From IMG/VR virus record IMGVR_UViG_3300045988_164636, positions 62,875-126,874 of that record: a stretch of DNA of 64,000 nt, one strand, 5' to 3'. Origin of the DNA: a virus. Below the pieces are notes generated by a model. It searched no databases. It saw only the letters and a list, made by a program, of their open reading frames with translations, and was not told where the DNA came from. A program made the position numbers and the translations under genes. Below, in pieces: positions 48,451-57,325 of the stretch (position 1 is its first letter; every line of letters begins with the position of its first letter).

Positions 48451-48486
48451 TATAACAAAAAGAGGGAGGATTTTCATCCTCCCTCT
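48451..48486 (-). terminator. rho-independent terminator after the major tail protein gene
   Basis: agagggagga (48461-48470) / tcctccctct (48477-48486), followed on the minus strand by ttttgttata. Confidence 0.7.
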
Positions 48487-48492
48487 AATTAA

Positions 48493-49533
48493 TTAAACTT
48501 CTGAAACTTTTACTTTTACAGCAATCTTTTTCTTTGTAACTGATGTACCTTTAGTATATTTTATTTCAATATAATATGTACCAGTTGCATTCCAATTTAG
48601 ACCTGTTCCATTTATAACTTCTACAGTTACACCTTTAGGCTGAACATAAGAAGATTTTAATGCAACAGATTCAATTTGACCATCTTTTGCAACATTAACT
48701 ACATCTTCGACCGCATTATATGTACCTGTTGTAAATTCAAGATCAGCAACCTTTACTGGACTTACAACATAGCTATCTTCAATATCAGCTATATTATCAT
48801 CTTCAAGATTATCATTAATATCAATTACTTCGTCATCCATATGGCTCATAACCGATTTCTGATCTGGCTTAGGAGCCTTAGTTTCATCAACAATTTGAAT
48901 TACACAAAGAACTTTCTTAGTCTTATTGAAATAAGTATAGCCAGGGAAAGCGTCCATTGTGAAGGTAAATGTACTTGGATCTCCAGTAGGAGCCATTGTA
49001 AATGTAAAGTTAGACTGGATTTTAACATTAGGAATAGTTAAGTAAGCAGGCATATCTTTACCATTTTCTTGCTTTCTAAAATAAGTCTGACCTTCAACAT
49101 AATAGTAGCCAGCAAAATTAGCTGCATCAATCTGTACTTCTTGAACAGTAGCTTCATTCTTAATAATATAGCAATCTACCATAACTGTCTTGCCATAAGC
49201 TGTTTTATCTGTAACGGTTAAGGTATTATTGGTAACAGAACCAACATTAAAAATTTTACCTGTTAAAGATCCATCTCCTTCTGTTTCAAGAACAAATAAA
49301 GGAGCATCCGCACAAATTACATCGCCTTCATCTAAAGCGTCTGAAATATCAATAGTACCATTCTTTGCATCTATAACCTGTAAAACAGTTGTATGAATAT
49401 GTACTTTATTTTCTTCACTCTTGGTATTAATTAATCCTGCACCAGTAAGTATTGCCATACCAATGGGTGAGATTAAGGCATCTTCAAGAGTAAAAGTTAA
49501 TACTTTTTCACCTCGATTGTATTCCACGTATCT
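48493..49533 (-). CDS. major tail protein, exon 2 of 2 (with C-terminal Ig-like domain)
   Basis: Frame is open upstream of the track GTG start and there is no RBS. The C-terminal about 90 aa look Big_2/Ig-like. The 5' boundary is set by homology to the intron D 3' tail (guauuuuaacg|) and is good to about 12 nt. Confidence 0.6.
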   Translation of the reverse strand, partial: RYVEYNRGEKVLTFTLEDALISPIGMAILTGAGLINTKSEENKVHIHTTVLQVIDAKNGTIDISDALDEGDVICADAPLFVLETEGDGSLTGKIFNVGSVTNNTLTVTDKTAYGKTVMVDCYIIKNEATVQEVQIDAANFAGYYYVEGQTYFRKQENGKDMPAYLTIPNVKIQSNFTFTMAPTGDPSTFTFTMDAFPGYTYFNKTKKVLCVIQIVDETKAPKPDQKSVMSHMDDEVIDINDNLEDDNIADIEDSYVVSPVKVADLEFTTGTYNAVEDVVNVAKDGQIESVALKSSYVQPKGVTVEVINGTGLNWNATGTYYIEIKYTKGTSVTKKKIAVKVKVSEV

Positions 49534-50482
49534 CGTTAAAATACGCGCGCTCCCGATAAGAGCTGCTGAACCTTTTTTTATACGTTCAGATTAGACTATA
49601 TCTTCATCCTGTATGTCACAGGAGTCTCGCACTTCGACTTTACTTAAAGCCTACACCCGCAGAGGGTTAGTCGTTGAACCTTTTCTGTCTTAAACAATTT
49701 TCTGATTGAGTTATTTTTTGTAAATTATCTAAACAATTATTACGAGGATTTGCATCTATATGATCTATAACAAATCCTTCTAAATCATAATCATTATGAA
49801 ATACACAATAAACCAATCTATGAATATAATAATGTTTTTTATCTGCAAAAGAAATTCTTGAATACTTTTGATTTTTATCTATTTTAAGTAATCTATTTGT
49901 TCTATTATTTCTAATTCTACCCATTGAAGAAACTGAATAATTTGGATGATCTGGAATAATCATCCATTCTTCTCCTTCTAAATTAGAAACAAAATATTTA
50001 GGTTTATATTCTCTTTTTGTTTTCTTTTGCTGATTATGATAATAAGTATTTTGCTTGGCGGAAACCCATTCTAAATTAGAAACATCATTGTTTAATTTAT
50101 TTTCATCTTTATGATGTACATAAGGATAGTTATTAGGGTTATTTAAAAATAATTGAGCTACTAATCTATGAGCATACACCATTTTAGATAATTTTCTATT
50201 ATTAGCTTTTGAAATATTATCTCCAATAGCTAAAGCATAAATTTGATAACCTACATTATCAATCTTTCCTTTTAAAAATCTTTTTGTTTTTAAACTATAA
50301 ACTTTTCCGTCACTATATACTATGTATCCTTTATATTCTACAGAGCTTGGCTGCTGATTGTCTTCTTTTATTTCCATTTAAAATCTCTCCTTTATATTTA
50401 AATCTTATAAAAAAAGAGTTTCCAGCAATTCACGAGAGTTTTCTTAATTTTATTGCTAAAATTCGTGAGCCAGTGATTATCA
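49534..50482 (-). mobile_element. group I intron E (about 949 nt) carrying a tandem HNH homing endonuclease
   Basis: gugggau| can pair with ggcucac 11 nt downstream. Shares gugaauugcuggaaa, gguucaacgacuaa and gaagauauagucu with intron D. Confidence 0.7.
49667..50377 (-). CDS. HNH homing endonuclease with two HNH_3-like modules and a NUMOD4-like motif
   Basis: VHHKDENKLNNDVSNLEWVSAKQN and IDHIDANPRNNCLDNLQKITQSEN. EEWMIIPDHPNYSVSSMGRIRN is NUMOD4-like. RBS aaaggagag. Confidence 0.85.
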   Translation of the reverse strand: MEIKEDNQQPSSVEYKGYIVYSDGKVYSLKTKRFLKGKIDNVGYQIYALAIGDNISKANNRKLSKMVYAHRLVAQLFLNNPNNYPYVHHKDENKLNNDVSNLEWVSAKQNTYYHNQQKKTKREYKPKYFVSNLEGEEWMIIPDHPNYSVSSMGRIRNNRTNRLLKIDKNQKYSRISFADKKHYYIHRLVYCVFHNDYDLEGFVIDHIDANPRNNCLDNLQKITQSENCLRQKRFND

Positions 50483-50677
50483 ATCCCACGCAATTAAACG
50501 AGCATTACCACGACCACCAGTAGCATATACAGTAGTTGCTGAACCTTCAAGAGTAGAAGTCTTTGCACTATCAATAGCTAAAACAGTCTGACCGGGAACG
50601 AAAAGCATGCTACCTATATAAACTGAACTTTTAGCTTTAAAAGTTATATCAGTAGCTTCACGAATACCAAATTTCAT
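50483..50677 (-). CDS. major tail protein, exon 1 of 2
   Basis: RBS aaaggaggaaaatacct before ATG. MKFGIREATDITFK..GGRGNARLIAWD, then a stop immediately after the proposed splice site. Confidence 0.6.
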
Positions 50678-50707
50678 AGGTATTTTCCTCCTTTTAAATA
50701 TTTAAAA

Positions 50708-51436
50708 TTAGGGATGAATTACTTTCATCCAATCTTCGGGTTCTTTCAAATCTTTTGCACCAACTAATCTTGCTTTATTAACATAATCATGATATTCCTT
50801 AAGATTAAATCTTTCATATTCTTCTTGAAGTTGATATACGGTATATTGTCTTAAATCAATTTTTGATTTTCTTTCACCAACAGCAAGAATATTAATTACT
50901 CTTCCGAATAAACTGCCTTCATTTTCATCTTCGCCTTTTAATTCAGCTAATTTTTTCTTTCTCTCATTAAGTTTTTTCATGATGCGGGCAGACATAGATC
51001 CTTCTGCAGGATTATATCCACTGTCCGCCTTAGTTCCAATGCAAAATATTTCTTTTATATATTGCTTAAATTCCTCAAAATTACTATCATCTAAATATCC
51101 ATCTCCAATTATTATTTGAGTGTCAGTAACAGATAATTCATTTTGCGGAAATAGCAAATTCATTAATAAATAAAAACTCTCTTTTTGATCTTCATCATTT
51201 TCGTAAGAGCTTCTAATCATTGACATTAATATATCAAAATTACTAAAGTTTGATAAATCAATGTTGTCCACAGCTTCTAATAATTCTTTTGTAACATCTA
51301 AAAATTGGATAGCCTTAAAAAATTTTTCCTCCCCCATCATTCCAATTTCATAAATAGTGGGTTGATGAATAAATAATCTTCCTTCTTTAAATGGTACATC
51401 TGCGCCTACTTCAAGAGCACAATAATCAATCTTCAT
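50708..51436 (-). CDS. hypothetical virion/tail-completion region protein
   Basis: 242-aa ORF immediately upstream of the major tail protein gene. Confidence 0.35.
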   Translation of the reverse strand: MKIDYCALEVGADVPFKEGRLFIHQPTIYEIGMMGEEKFFKAIQFLDVTKELLEAVDNIDLSNFSNFDILMSMIRSSYENDEDQKESFYLLMNLLFPQNELSVTDTQIIIGDGYLDDSNFEEFKQYIKEIFCIGTKADSGYNPAEGSMSARIMKKLNERKKKLAELKGEDENEGSLFGRVINILAVGERKSKIDLRQYTVYQLQEEYERFNLKEYHDYVNKARLVGAKDLKEPEDWMKVIHP

Positions 51437-52001
51437 CTGCGGGAATTAGATCATCACTGCCATGAATAGCATAGAACATCATATTATATCCAGATAAATT
51501 CTCATCCAATATCATTTCATTACAACCCATAAATTGAAATGTTCCTATACCAGTCAAATGGCAATTATTTAATAAACCATCTATATATCCTGCGATTTTA
51601 AGCGGACGAAGCTGAAATCCGCCCATATCCCAATAATCTGTATGGCAAATTATATCAAAATTAACTATACAATCTCTAAATTGAGGATTTGTCGCATTAG
51701 CTGTAAAATTATCAAAACTTAATATAATTCTACTCTTGACTTCTGCGTGTTCCTCAAAATTTAATTTAGGAGTAATTTTAATATAATTTTGTTCTTTTAA
51801 ATCTCTTATAGACATATTATCTACAATTTCTTTATATTTAGTATTTGTTCTGTCTAAACAATCTGGAGTATTTATTACAAGCAGCCGCTTTAATTCTTCT
51901 CCCTTTTGTCTATCATTAACAAATAACTTTTCTAATATCAATTCAGTATCTTTCTCACAAGAGAGAAAAGAGGACTGTAAAGGTTTTATTAAATTAGTCA
52001 T
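51426..52001 (-). CDS. hypothetical virion protein (tail terminator/completion position)
   Basis: 191-aa ORF in the head-tail joining block. Function is inferred from position only. Confidence 0.35.
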   Translation of the reverse strand: MTNLIKPLQSSFLSCEKDTELILEKLFVNDRQKGEELKRLLVINTPDCLDRTNTKYKEIVDNMSIRDLKEQNYIKITPKLNFEEHAEVKSRIILSFDNFTANATNPQFRDCIVNFDIICHTDYWDMGGFQLRPLKIAGYIDGLLNNCHLTGIGTFQFMGCNEMILDENLSGYNMMFYAIHGSDDLIPADED

Positions 52002-52013
52002 TTTATTCTCCTT

Positions 52014-52979
52014 TTATATTGATAAAATTTTAACTGTTAATGTTAAACTCTCTTGTCCATCAACTTTATAAATAATATCAAATTCTCCTTTATTTCCTAT
52101 AATTTCAAGTTTCAATTGTTCAGTAGATTGAGCAATTATCTTTGCTTTTTTATTATTACTAATTTCCCATTGTCCATTTTCTAAATTGTTTACATTTGCT
52201 AATAAATAAGTTTTTATATCATAAGGATAAACTTGATTAGCTCCATCTATATATGGCTTTGTTTCATCTGGAACAATAGGTTTTATAATAGGTGGCGGAT
52301 TTTCTTCTTCAATTGTGTTAGTAAAATCTTCCGCTAAATAAACATCTATGATTCCCTCTGTAGAAAATTTATCTGTAGCTACAACTTTCCAATTCTTACC
52401 GCCAATTTTTACTTTTACAAACCTATCAAAGAATTTTAATGTTTCATCATTTTTAACAATAGTAAGCATTCCGTCATAATTTATACCATTCCATTGAGAA
52501 TGTTCTGTTTTATGCCACTCTGCTTGTACCATAGTTGGACCTCTAAAGTAAATCTTATATTTAGTATCATTAATAATTACTTCATACATACATCTTCTAA
52601 TTGTTGCTCTGTAATAAGCACTTTCTTCTAACTTAGGTAAATAAGTAATCCAATAACTATCATTTTCTTTCCATTTGAACACATCTCCGGGTTTTAATCC
52701 TATTTTTTGTTGACCTTCAGATGTTTTTCCCAATCTTTCCGCATTTAAACATATATCTTCAAAAGGGATAGAAATATATCTATCATCATAATCTTTTTCC
52801 AATTTATTTCTATTGATTAAACACTTAAATTCTCGCCCATCCGCAAGTACAATGGTTTCTGCCTGATAAGAATTAAAAAGAGCTTTTTTTAAAGTCCTTA
52901 ATTTATCAGTATTAAATCTATCTTCTACTGTAACCCCATAATACTTTACTCTTGTTTTTAAATTCTCAATTCCGCTCAT
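52014..52979 (-). CDS. virion protein with C-terminal Ig-like (Big_2-type) domain
   Basis: The C-terminal about 85 aa (..QWEISNNKKAKIIAQSTEQLKLEIIGNKGEFDIIYKVDG..LTVKILSI) look Ig-like. Confidence 0.4.
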   Translation of the reverse strand: MSGIENLKTRVKYYGVTVEDRFNTDKLRTLKKALFNSYQAETIVLADGREFKCLINRNKLEKDYDDRYISIPFEDICLNAERLGKTSEGQQKIGLKPGDVFKWKENDSYWITYLPKLEESAYYRATIRRCMYEVIINDTKYKIYFRGPTMVQAEWHKTEHSQWNGINYDGMLTIVKNDETLKFFDRFVKVKIGGKNWKVVATDKFSTEGIIDVYLAEDFTNTIEEENPPPIIKPIVPDETKPYIDGANQVYPYDIKTYLLANVNNLENGQWEISNNKKAKIIAQSTEQLKLEIIGNKGEFDIIYKVDGQESLTLTVKILSI

Positions 52980-53277
52980 TTTCTATCTCTCCTTTAATTT
53001 CATTTAATAAAGTAAGACATTCAAAAATAATTCGTCTATATAGCGGAAAATCTTCTTCTTGTTCTAAATGATTTAATCCTTGCAATTTACACAACAGACT
53101 AAAAAGTTTTTCTTGATCAAGTAAATCAATCATACCTAAGAGTTCTTCAATAATTGTACTTAATGGAGTTTTCCAATCTTTTTCTTCTTCTCTTTGCGGC
53201 AATAGCTTATATATCTGGTTGATTAGCCGCATTAAATTTTTTTGTATAGCAGTTAAATTAAAATCATTGACCTTCAT
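52966..53277 (-). CDS. hypothetical protein (head-tail connector block)
   Basis: 103-aa ORF overlapping both neighbours. Confidence 0.35.
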   Translation of the reverse strand: MKVNDFNLTAIQKNLMRLINQIYKLLPQREEEKDWKTPLSTIIEELLGMIDLLDQEKLFSLLCKLQGLNHLEQEEDFPLYRRIIFECLTLLNEIKGEIENERN

Positions 53278-53782
53278 AAGTATTTAAAGCGTCCATTGTA
53301 CTAACTATTTCACCTTTTTTATTATACTTTTTTCTTTTGTACAACCTTTGTAAATGGAAGCCTTCTCTTTCATAATCTTTTTTCATAGTTAATAACTTTG
53401 CCAGATGATTAGCTTGTGAAGTAAATTTAAAATCAGAACCGCTATACTTCATTCTTGTAATTTCAACACTTGCTAATTGTTGACCAATCCACTCAACAAC
53501 CATGTATGTGGCAATAATATTAATTTCTTCTGATGTAAGTTGATTATTAAAATAAGCGGTAATTTTTTCATTACCGCTTTCATCTTCTTCTTTATTAATT
53601 GTATAATTCATTATATCTACTCGTGGAAATTCAAATTTATATAATGCCGAAAGAAGAAGATCCTGCAATAACCTATAAGTATCTTCTTTGGTTAATTCCA
53701 TGAACATATCATCAGTTATTTTTGCTAAAAATCTATCATACACAGAAGTAAATGAGGTTTGTCCCATCTCAATTACCTCCAA
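53264..53782 (-). CDS. head-tail connector/adaptor-like protein
   Basis: 172 aa, located just downstream of the capsid block. N-terminus ..VYDRFLAKITDDMF..LLLSALYKFEFP.. resembles gp6/gp15-type adaptors. Confidence 0.4.
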   Translation of the reverse strand: MEVIEMGQTSFTSVYDRFLAKITDDMFMELTKEDTYRLLQDLLLSALYKFEFPRVDIMNYTINKEEDESGNEKITAYFNNQLTSEEINIIATYMVVEWIGQQLASVEITRMKYSGSDFKFTSQANHLAKLLTMKKDYEREGFHLQRLYKRKKYNKKGEIVSTMDALNTYEGQ

Positions 53783-53791
53783 CCTTTATTC

Positions 53792-54355
53792 TTACTTTTT
53801 GTCAAATAAAACTACTCTTCTTTGCGGAGTTCCATCTTCCGCATTCTTTGCGGGTAGACTGACTCTTCTTTTTCCCTTTTCTTCTTTCTTAACTTCTTCA
53901 TTAGTTTCTTTATTAATCATTATTGCTTTTGAAACATCAAAGCCAGTTTTCTTTAAAATTGCTTCTCTTTTTGCTACATCATTTAATTCAATATTAACTG
54001 CAATATCTTTAATTAAATCAATTACACCATCAGGAGCAAAATCTAAACAATCTAAAAACTCATCTAAGCTGCCAGTTTTTAAAAGAGCTTCAACTTCTTC
54101 TTTTGTATAAAAATATTCTGGTTCAACTTTACCTAATAATTCTTCAACTAATTCTTTATTGTCAATACTTAAACAATTCTTAAGAATATAATCTCCGCCC
54201 GCAATATAACTTAACTTGCGGAGTTCTTCTACTGGAATCTTTTTTGTTTCTGCGGGATAAAAGTTTCTATGTAAATTACCTAAATCTGGAATCGTATATC
54301 CCACTGAACCATTATCTCTATTTGTTACTTTTACTATTTCATTATCTGCTAACAT
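53792..54355 (-). CDS. hypothetical protein
   Basis: 187-aa ORF, first gene after the capsid-gene terminator. Confidence 0.4.
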   Translation of the reverse strand: MLADNEIVKVTNRDNGSVGYTIPDLGNLHRNFYPAETKKIPVEELRKLSYIAGGDYILKNCLSIDNKELVEELLGKVEPEYFYTKEEVEALLKTGSLDEFLDCLDFAPDGVIDLIKDIAVNIELNDVAKREAILKKTGFDVSKAIMINKETNEEVKKEEKGKRRVSLPAKNAEDGTPQRRVVLFDKK

Positions 54356-54384
54356 AATAAAATTTCTCCTTTTTTCTCCTTATA

Positions 54385-54428
54385 TAAAAATAAAGGGGAA
54401 GTAAAATATTTAATTTTCTTCCCCTTTA
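54385..54428 (-). terminator. terminator after the major capsid gene
   Basis: aaaggggaag (54392-54401) / cttccccttt (54419-54428). The A-rich flank is T-rich on the minus strand. Confidence 0.55.
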
Positions 54429-54447
54429 ATCTTAATATCTATCTATA

Positions 54448-55470
54448 TTAGTTTAACTGGCTATTCTTATAAACGCAAATATTATTAGTAATCTTTGCCC
54501 CTACGCCAATCTTCTTATAAACCTGAATTTCTCTTGAACGGTCTTTGTTAACATATTCATCAACAATTGTCTGACCTTCCATAGCTACCTTAATAGGCTT
54601 TTCTCCACTACCAGTAGGAATAATCCAAGCATAGCTAGGATCAAGAACCTTCTTAGTATTTGTTTCATCTTCAAATGACTGAGGAAGAATAATTACTCTA
54701 TGACCTTTATAATTACCAAGATAACCATTATTCCACTTATCATTTCTCATCTGGTCTGATACCCAACCACTTGAAGGAACCATTGTTGCAGCAAATTCAA
54801 ATGTGCAGTAAATTTCAGCTTTGCCATATGAATCAGCAATAGCAAGTAACTTATCCATTTCTGCTTCTACAAATTCAGTCTGAGTTGTCTTGTTTGTAGC
54901 TTGAAGAGATGTAACTGCGGCAATGAGTGCCTTAGCCATTTCTCTGTAGATTGCTTCATCAAGACCTTCCATAATAATTTCAGTAAGAACGCCCCAATCA
55001 GCTCTACCATCAAGATATTCCTCAAGACCAATCTGAGCAGCTCCGCCGTAAGCAGATGTAGGAACTTCATAGCTCTGACCATCAAGCTTAAATACTTCAT
55101 AAATACCTGCAAGACCTACTTTTGTAATAAACTGTTTAGCTCTACGTCTGGATGCGGTAGTAACTTTCTGTACAAATACAGGCTTATCTCCCTGATTAAA
55201 CTGCTTAATTTCAGCAAACTGTGAATAAGCATCTAAAACCATCTGAGGAAGAACATCATCAATAACTGATTCAATTAACTTAAAAAGAGTATTCTTATTC
55301 TCACGATAAAGAGCATATGTACCAGCAATCTGATTAAGTTCATCTCTTAATGTGTTATTTAAGTCTGAATATGTACAAGCTACATCATTATAAGAAAAAG
55401 TAGTAGTAGGATTTTTTGCAGCTTGAGTTGTTTTTCTCGCAAGAGTAACTAAGTTTTCAAAATTTAACAT
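54448..55470 (-). CDS. major capsid protein (HK97-fold size and position)
   Basis: 340 aa, following the scaffold and a small accessory gene, and followed by a strong terminator. Confidence 0.55.
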   Translation of the reverse strand: MLNFENLVTLARKTTQAAKNPTTTFSYNDVACTYSDLNNTLRDELNQIAGTYALYRENKNTLFKLIESVIDDVLPQMVLDAYSQFAEIKQFNQGDKPVFVQKVTTASRRRAKQFITKVGLAGIYEVFKLDGQSYEVPTSAYGGAAQIGLEEYLDGRADWGVLTEIIMEGLDEAIYREMAKALIAAVTSLQATNKTTQTEFVEAEMDKLLAIADSYGKAEIYCTFEFAATMVPSSGWVSDQMRNDKWNNGYLGNYKGHRVIILPQSFEDETNTKKVLDPSYAWIIPTGSGEKPIKVAMEGQTIVDEYVNKDRSREIQVYKKIGVGAKITNNICVYKNSQLN

Positions 55471-55486
55471 ATCTTTCTACCCCCTA

Positions 55487-56017
55487 TTACTTAATTCTCA
55501 TAATTTTAACTGCGGGCTGACCATCTGGAAGTGTAGTTTCCTTAACAACTTCCCAAACCATAACATCAGTAGATGCATCTCCGCCGCTTACAAGGAAACC
55601 TGTTGTATCAACTTTAAGAAGATCACCAACAGTGAGTTCTTCACCAACAGTCTTTCCAGTGTTAGTTGTAGCAGCAGTCTTAATTGTATTAGTTGTAAAA
55701 ATATCACCTATATTAGTCTTAAATACTCTAGGTGTCATTACTCCATCAATATAATTTGCTTTCTTAAGAGCAAAATCCTTATATGTTTCTCTAAGACCAT
55801 CATAAAGTTTTACTTCGTTAAATACGAGCATCCATTCGCCCTTGCCAGTTGTATCTACTTCATTTGCAGAATAATTATATTTAACAAACTGACCATTTTC
55901 TAAAATATTAATATCTGACTTTGCGGGAAGCTGAGCATAAATCTGACCTGTTCTTTGAGCAGAAAGGTGATTTGGTTCAACCTGACCAAAACCAGTTCTA
56001 TCAATCTGTAATGCCAT
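55487..56017 (-). CDS. head accessory/decoration-like protein
   Basis: 176-aa beta-rich ORF between the scaffold and capsid genes. Function is inferred from position only. Confidence 0.35.
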   Translation of the reverse strand: MALQIDRTGFGQVEPNHLSAQRTGQIYAQLPAKSDINILENGQFVKYNYSANEVDTTGKGEWMLVFNEVKLYDGLRETYKDFALKKANYIDGVMTPRVFKTNIGDIFTTNTIKTAATTNTGKTVGEELTVGDLLKVDTTGFLVSGGDASTDVMVWEVVKETTLPDGQPAVKIMRIK

Positions 56018-56041
56018 AATTGTTTCCTCCTAATTATTTAT

Positions 56042-57310
56042 TTATCTATTCTTTGCTTGTGTTCTCTGTACTGCTTTTAACCAAGCAGGAGTAGTATCTA
56101 CTTCTTCACAAGTAAAAGTTGCTACAGGTTTTGTTTCTTCCTGTTTTTCTTCTGTGAAATTAACCTTATTTCTTACACAAATTACTGCAAGCTTAGATTC
56201 AATTTCATCATATGTATATTGCGTTTTATTTGCAATAACATCAGCTTTATCTTCATCAGAAAGCATATAGAAACTATTAATTAATTCATCTTTTTTCTGA
56301 TTATCAACAGCTAACTTGAACTCTCTAAGGCTTTCAACTTCAGTTTTTAAAGCTTCATATTGAGCGTTGAGTTGAGAATATTTATCTGCGGCCTCTGTCT
56401 TAACTGCATCAAGATCAGCCTGTGTAAAAGTTGCTTCAGCAGATTCAGCTGGCTCTGTTGTATCAACTGTTTCAGTAGTATCATTTGTATCAATAGTATC
56501 AATTGTTTCAATAACTTCTTCTGTTGTAGTTTCTATAACTTCTGCGGCTTCTGTATTATTTTGAATTTCCGCATTATCTTCTTGAACAACATTGTCCACA
56601 TTTTCTTTTATGTTTTCCATCTGATTTCCTCCTTTATCTAAAGTTTCTTTTAAATCCTGCATCATTGAGAATAATGTATGTTTAAAATTATTGTCTAAGT
56701 CTTTTGAAAAAGTTGTTTTTACACTAGCTCCTTCAAAACAAGGTTCTACATCTTCACCAAGAATACATAATTTAGTAAAAACTGCGTCATTTATTATGAA
56801 AAAATCAAGACCAGTTTTATTATCAGTTGACCAATTTCCAGTTAAATCCTCTTTTAATTCCATTGATTGCGGACGTCCGCTATCAACAGCATCCTTAATT
56901 TCTGGATACTGACCAGTCCATAAAAATCCAGTTGTCATAAGATATTCTCTTGTAACAACATTTCCAAAATCATCTGTGTCTTCAAATTCTTTGAACCATA
57001 CTTCCGCATTAGGAGCAACAAATCCATAGGGAACAGTTAAACAGTTAAAATGAACACCCGAATCATCCATTATAACTTGTTCTCCGTGATCTCTAAAATC
57101 ATTGTTTTCTTCTTTAAAGTAACCAACAATTGGCGAGCCCCTTAAGGACTTCGCCATTTCTGTTGCTACTTCTTTAGAGATATAACTGCGATTTCTATTT
57201 TGACCAACATACAAAATTTTAATTTCGCAAGAACTCATAAGAGGATTTATGTCAAGAGGTTGAAGATTAATAAATTCTGGAGATTTTATTGTAGATAATG
57301 ATTTAAGCAT
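56042..57310 (-). CDS. scaffolding protein, possibly with N-terminal prohead-protease-like domain
   Basis: 422 aa after the portal gene. Central acidic T/E/D-rich tract (TTEEVIETIDTIDTNDTTETVDTTEP) and a helical C-terminus. Confidence 0.45.
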   Translation of the reverse strand: MLKSLSTIKSPEFINLQPLDINPLMSSCEIKILYVGQNRNRSYISKEVATEMAKSLRGSPIVGYFKEENNDFRDHGEQVIMDDSGVHFNCLTVPYGFVAPNAEVWFKEFEDTDDFGNVVTREYLMTTGFLWTGQYPEIKDAVDSGRPQSMELKEDLTGNWSTDNKTGLDFFIINDAVFTKLCILGEDVEPCFEGASVKTTFSKDLDNNFKHTLFSMMQDLKETLDKGGNQMENIKENVDNVVQEDNAEIQNNTEAAEVIETTTEEVIETIDTIDTNDTTETVDTTEPAESAEATFTQADLDAVKTEAADKYSQLNAQYEALKTEVESLREFKLAVDNQKKDELINSFYMLSDEDKADVIANKTQYTYDEIESKLAVICVRNKVNFTEEKQEETKPVATFTCEEVDTTPAWLKAVQRTQAKNR

Positions 57311-57325
57311 AGTAATCTATCTCCT

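Noticed and set aside
53688-55224. Spurious ORFs overlapping gene 53792..54355 and the capsid gene: plus-strand 53688..54110 and 54901..55224, and the same-strand alternative frame 54867..55112
   Set aside because: They are antisense or alternative frames of well-supported structural genes, and have no RBS.
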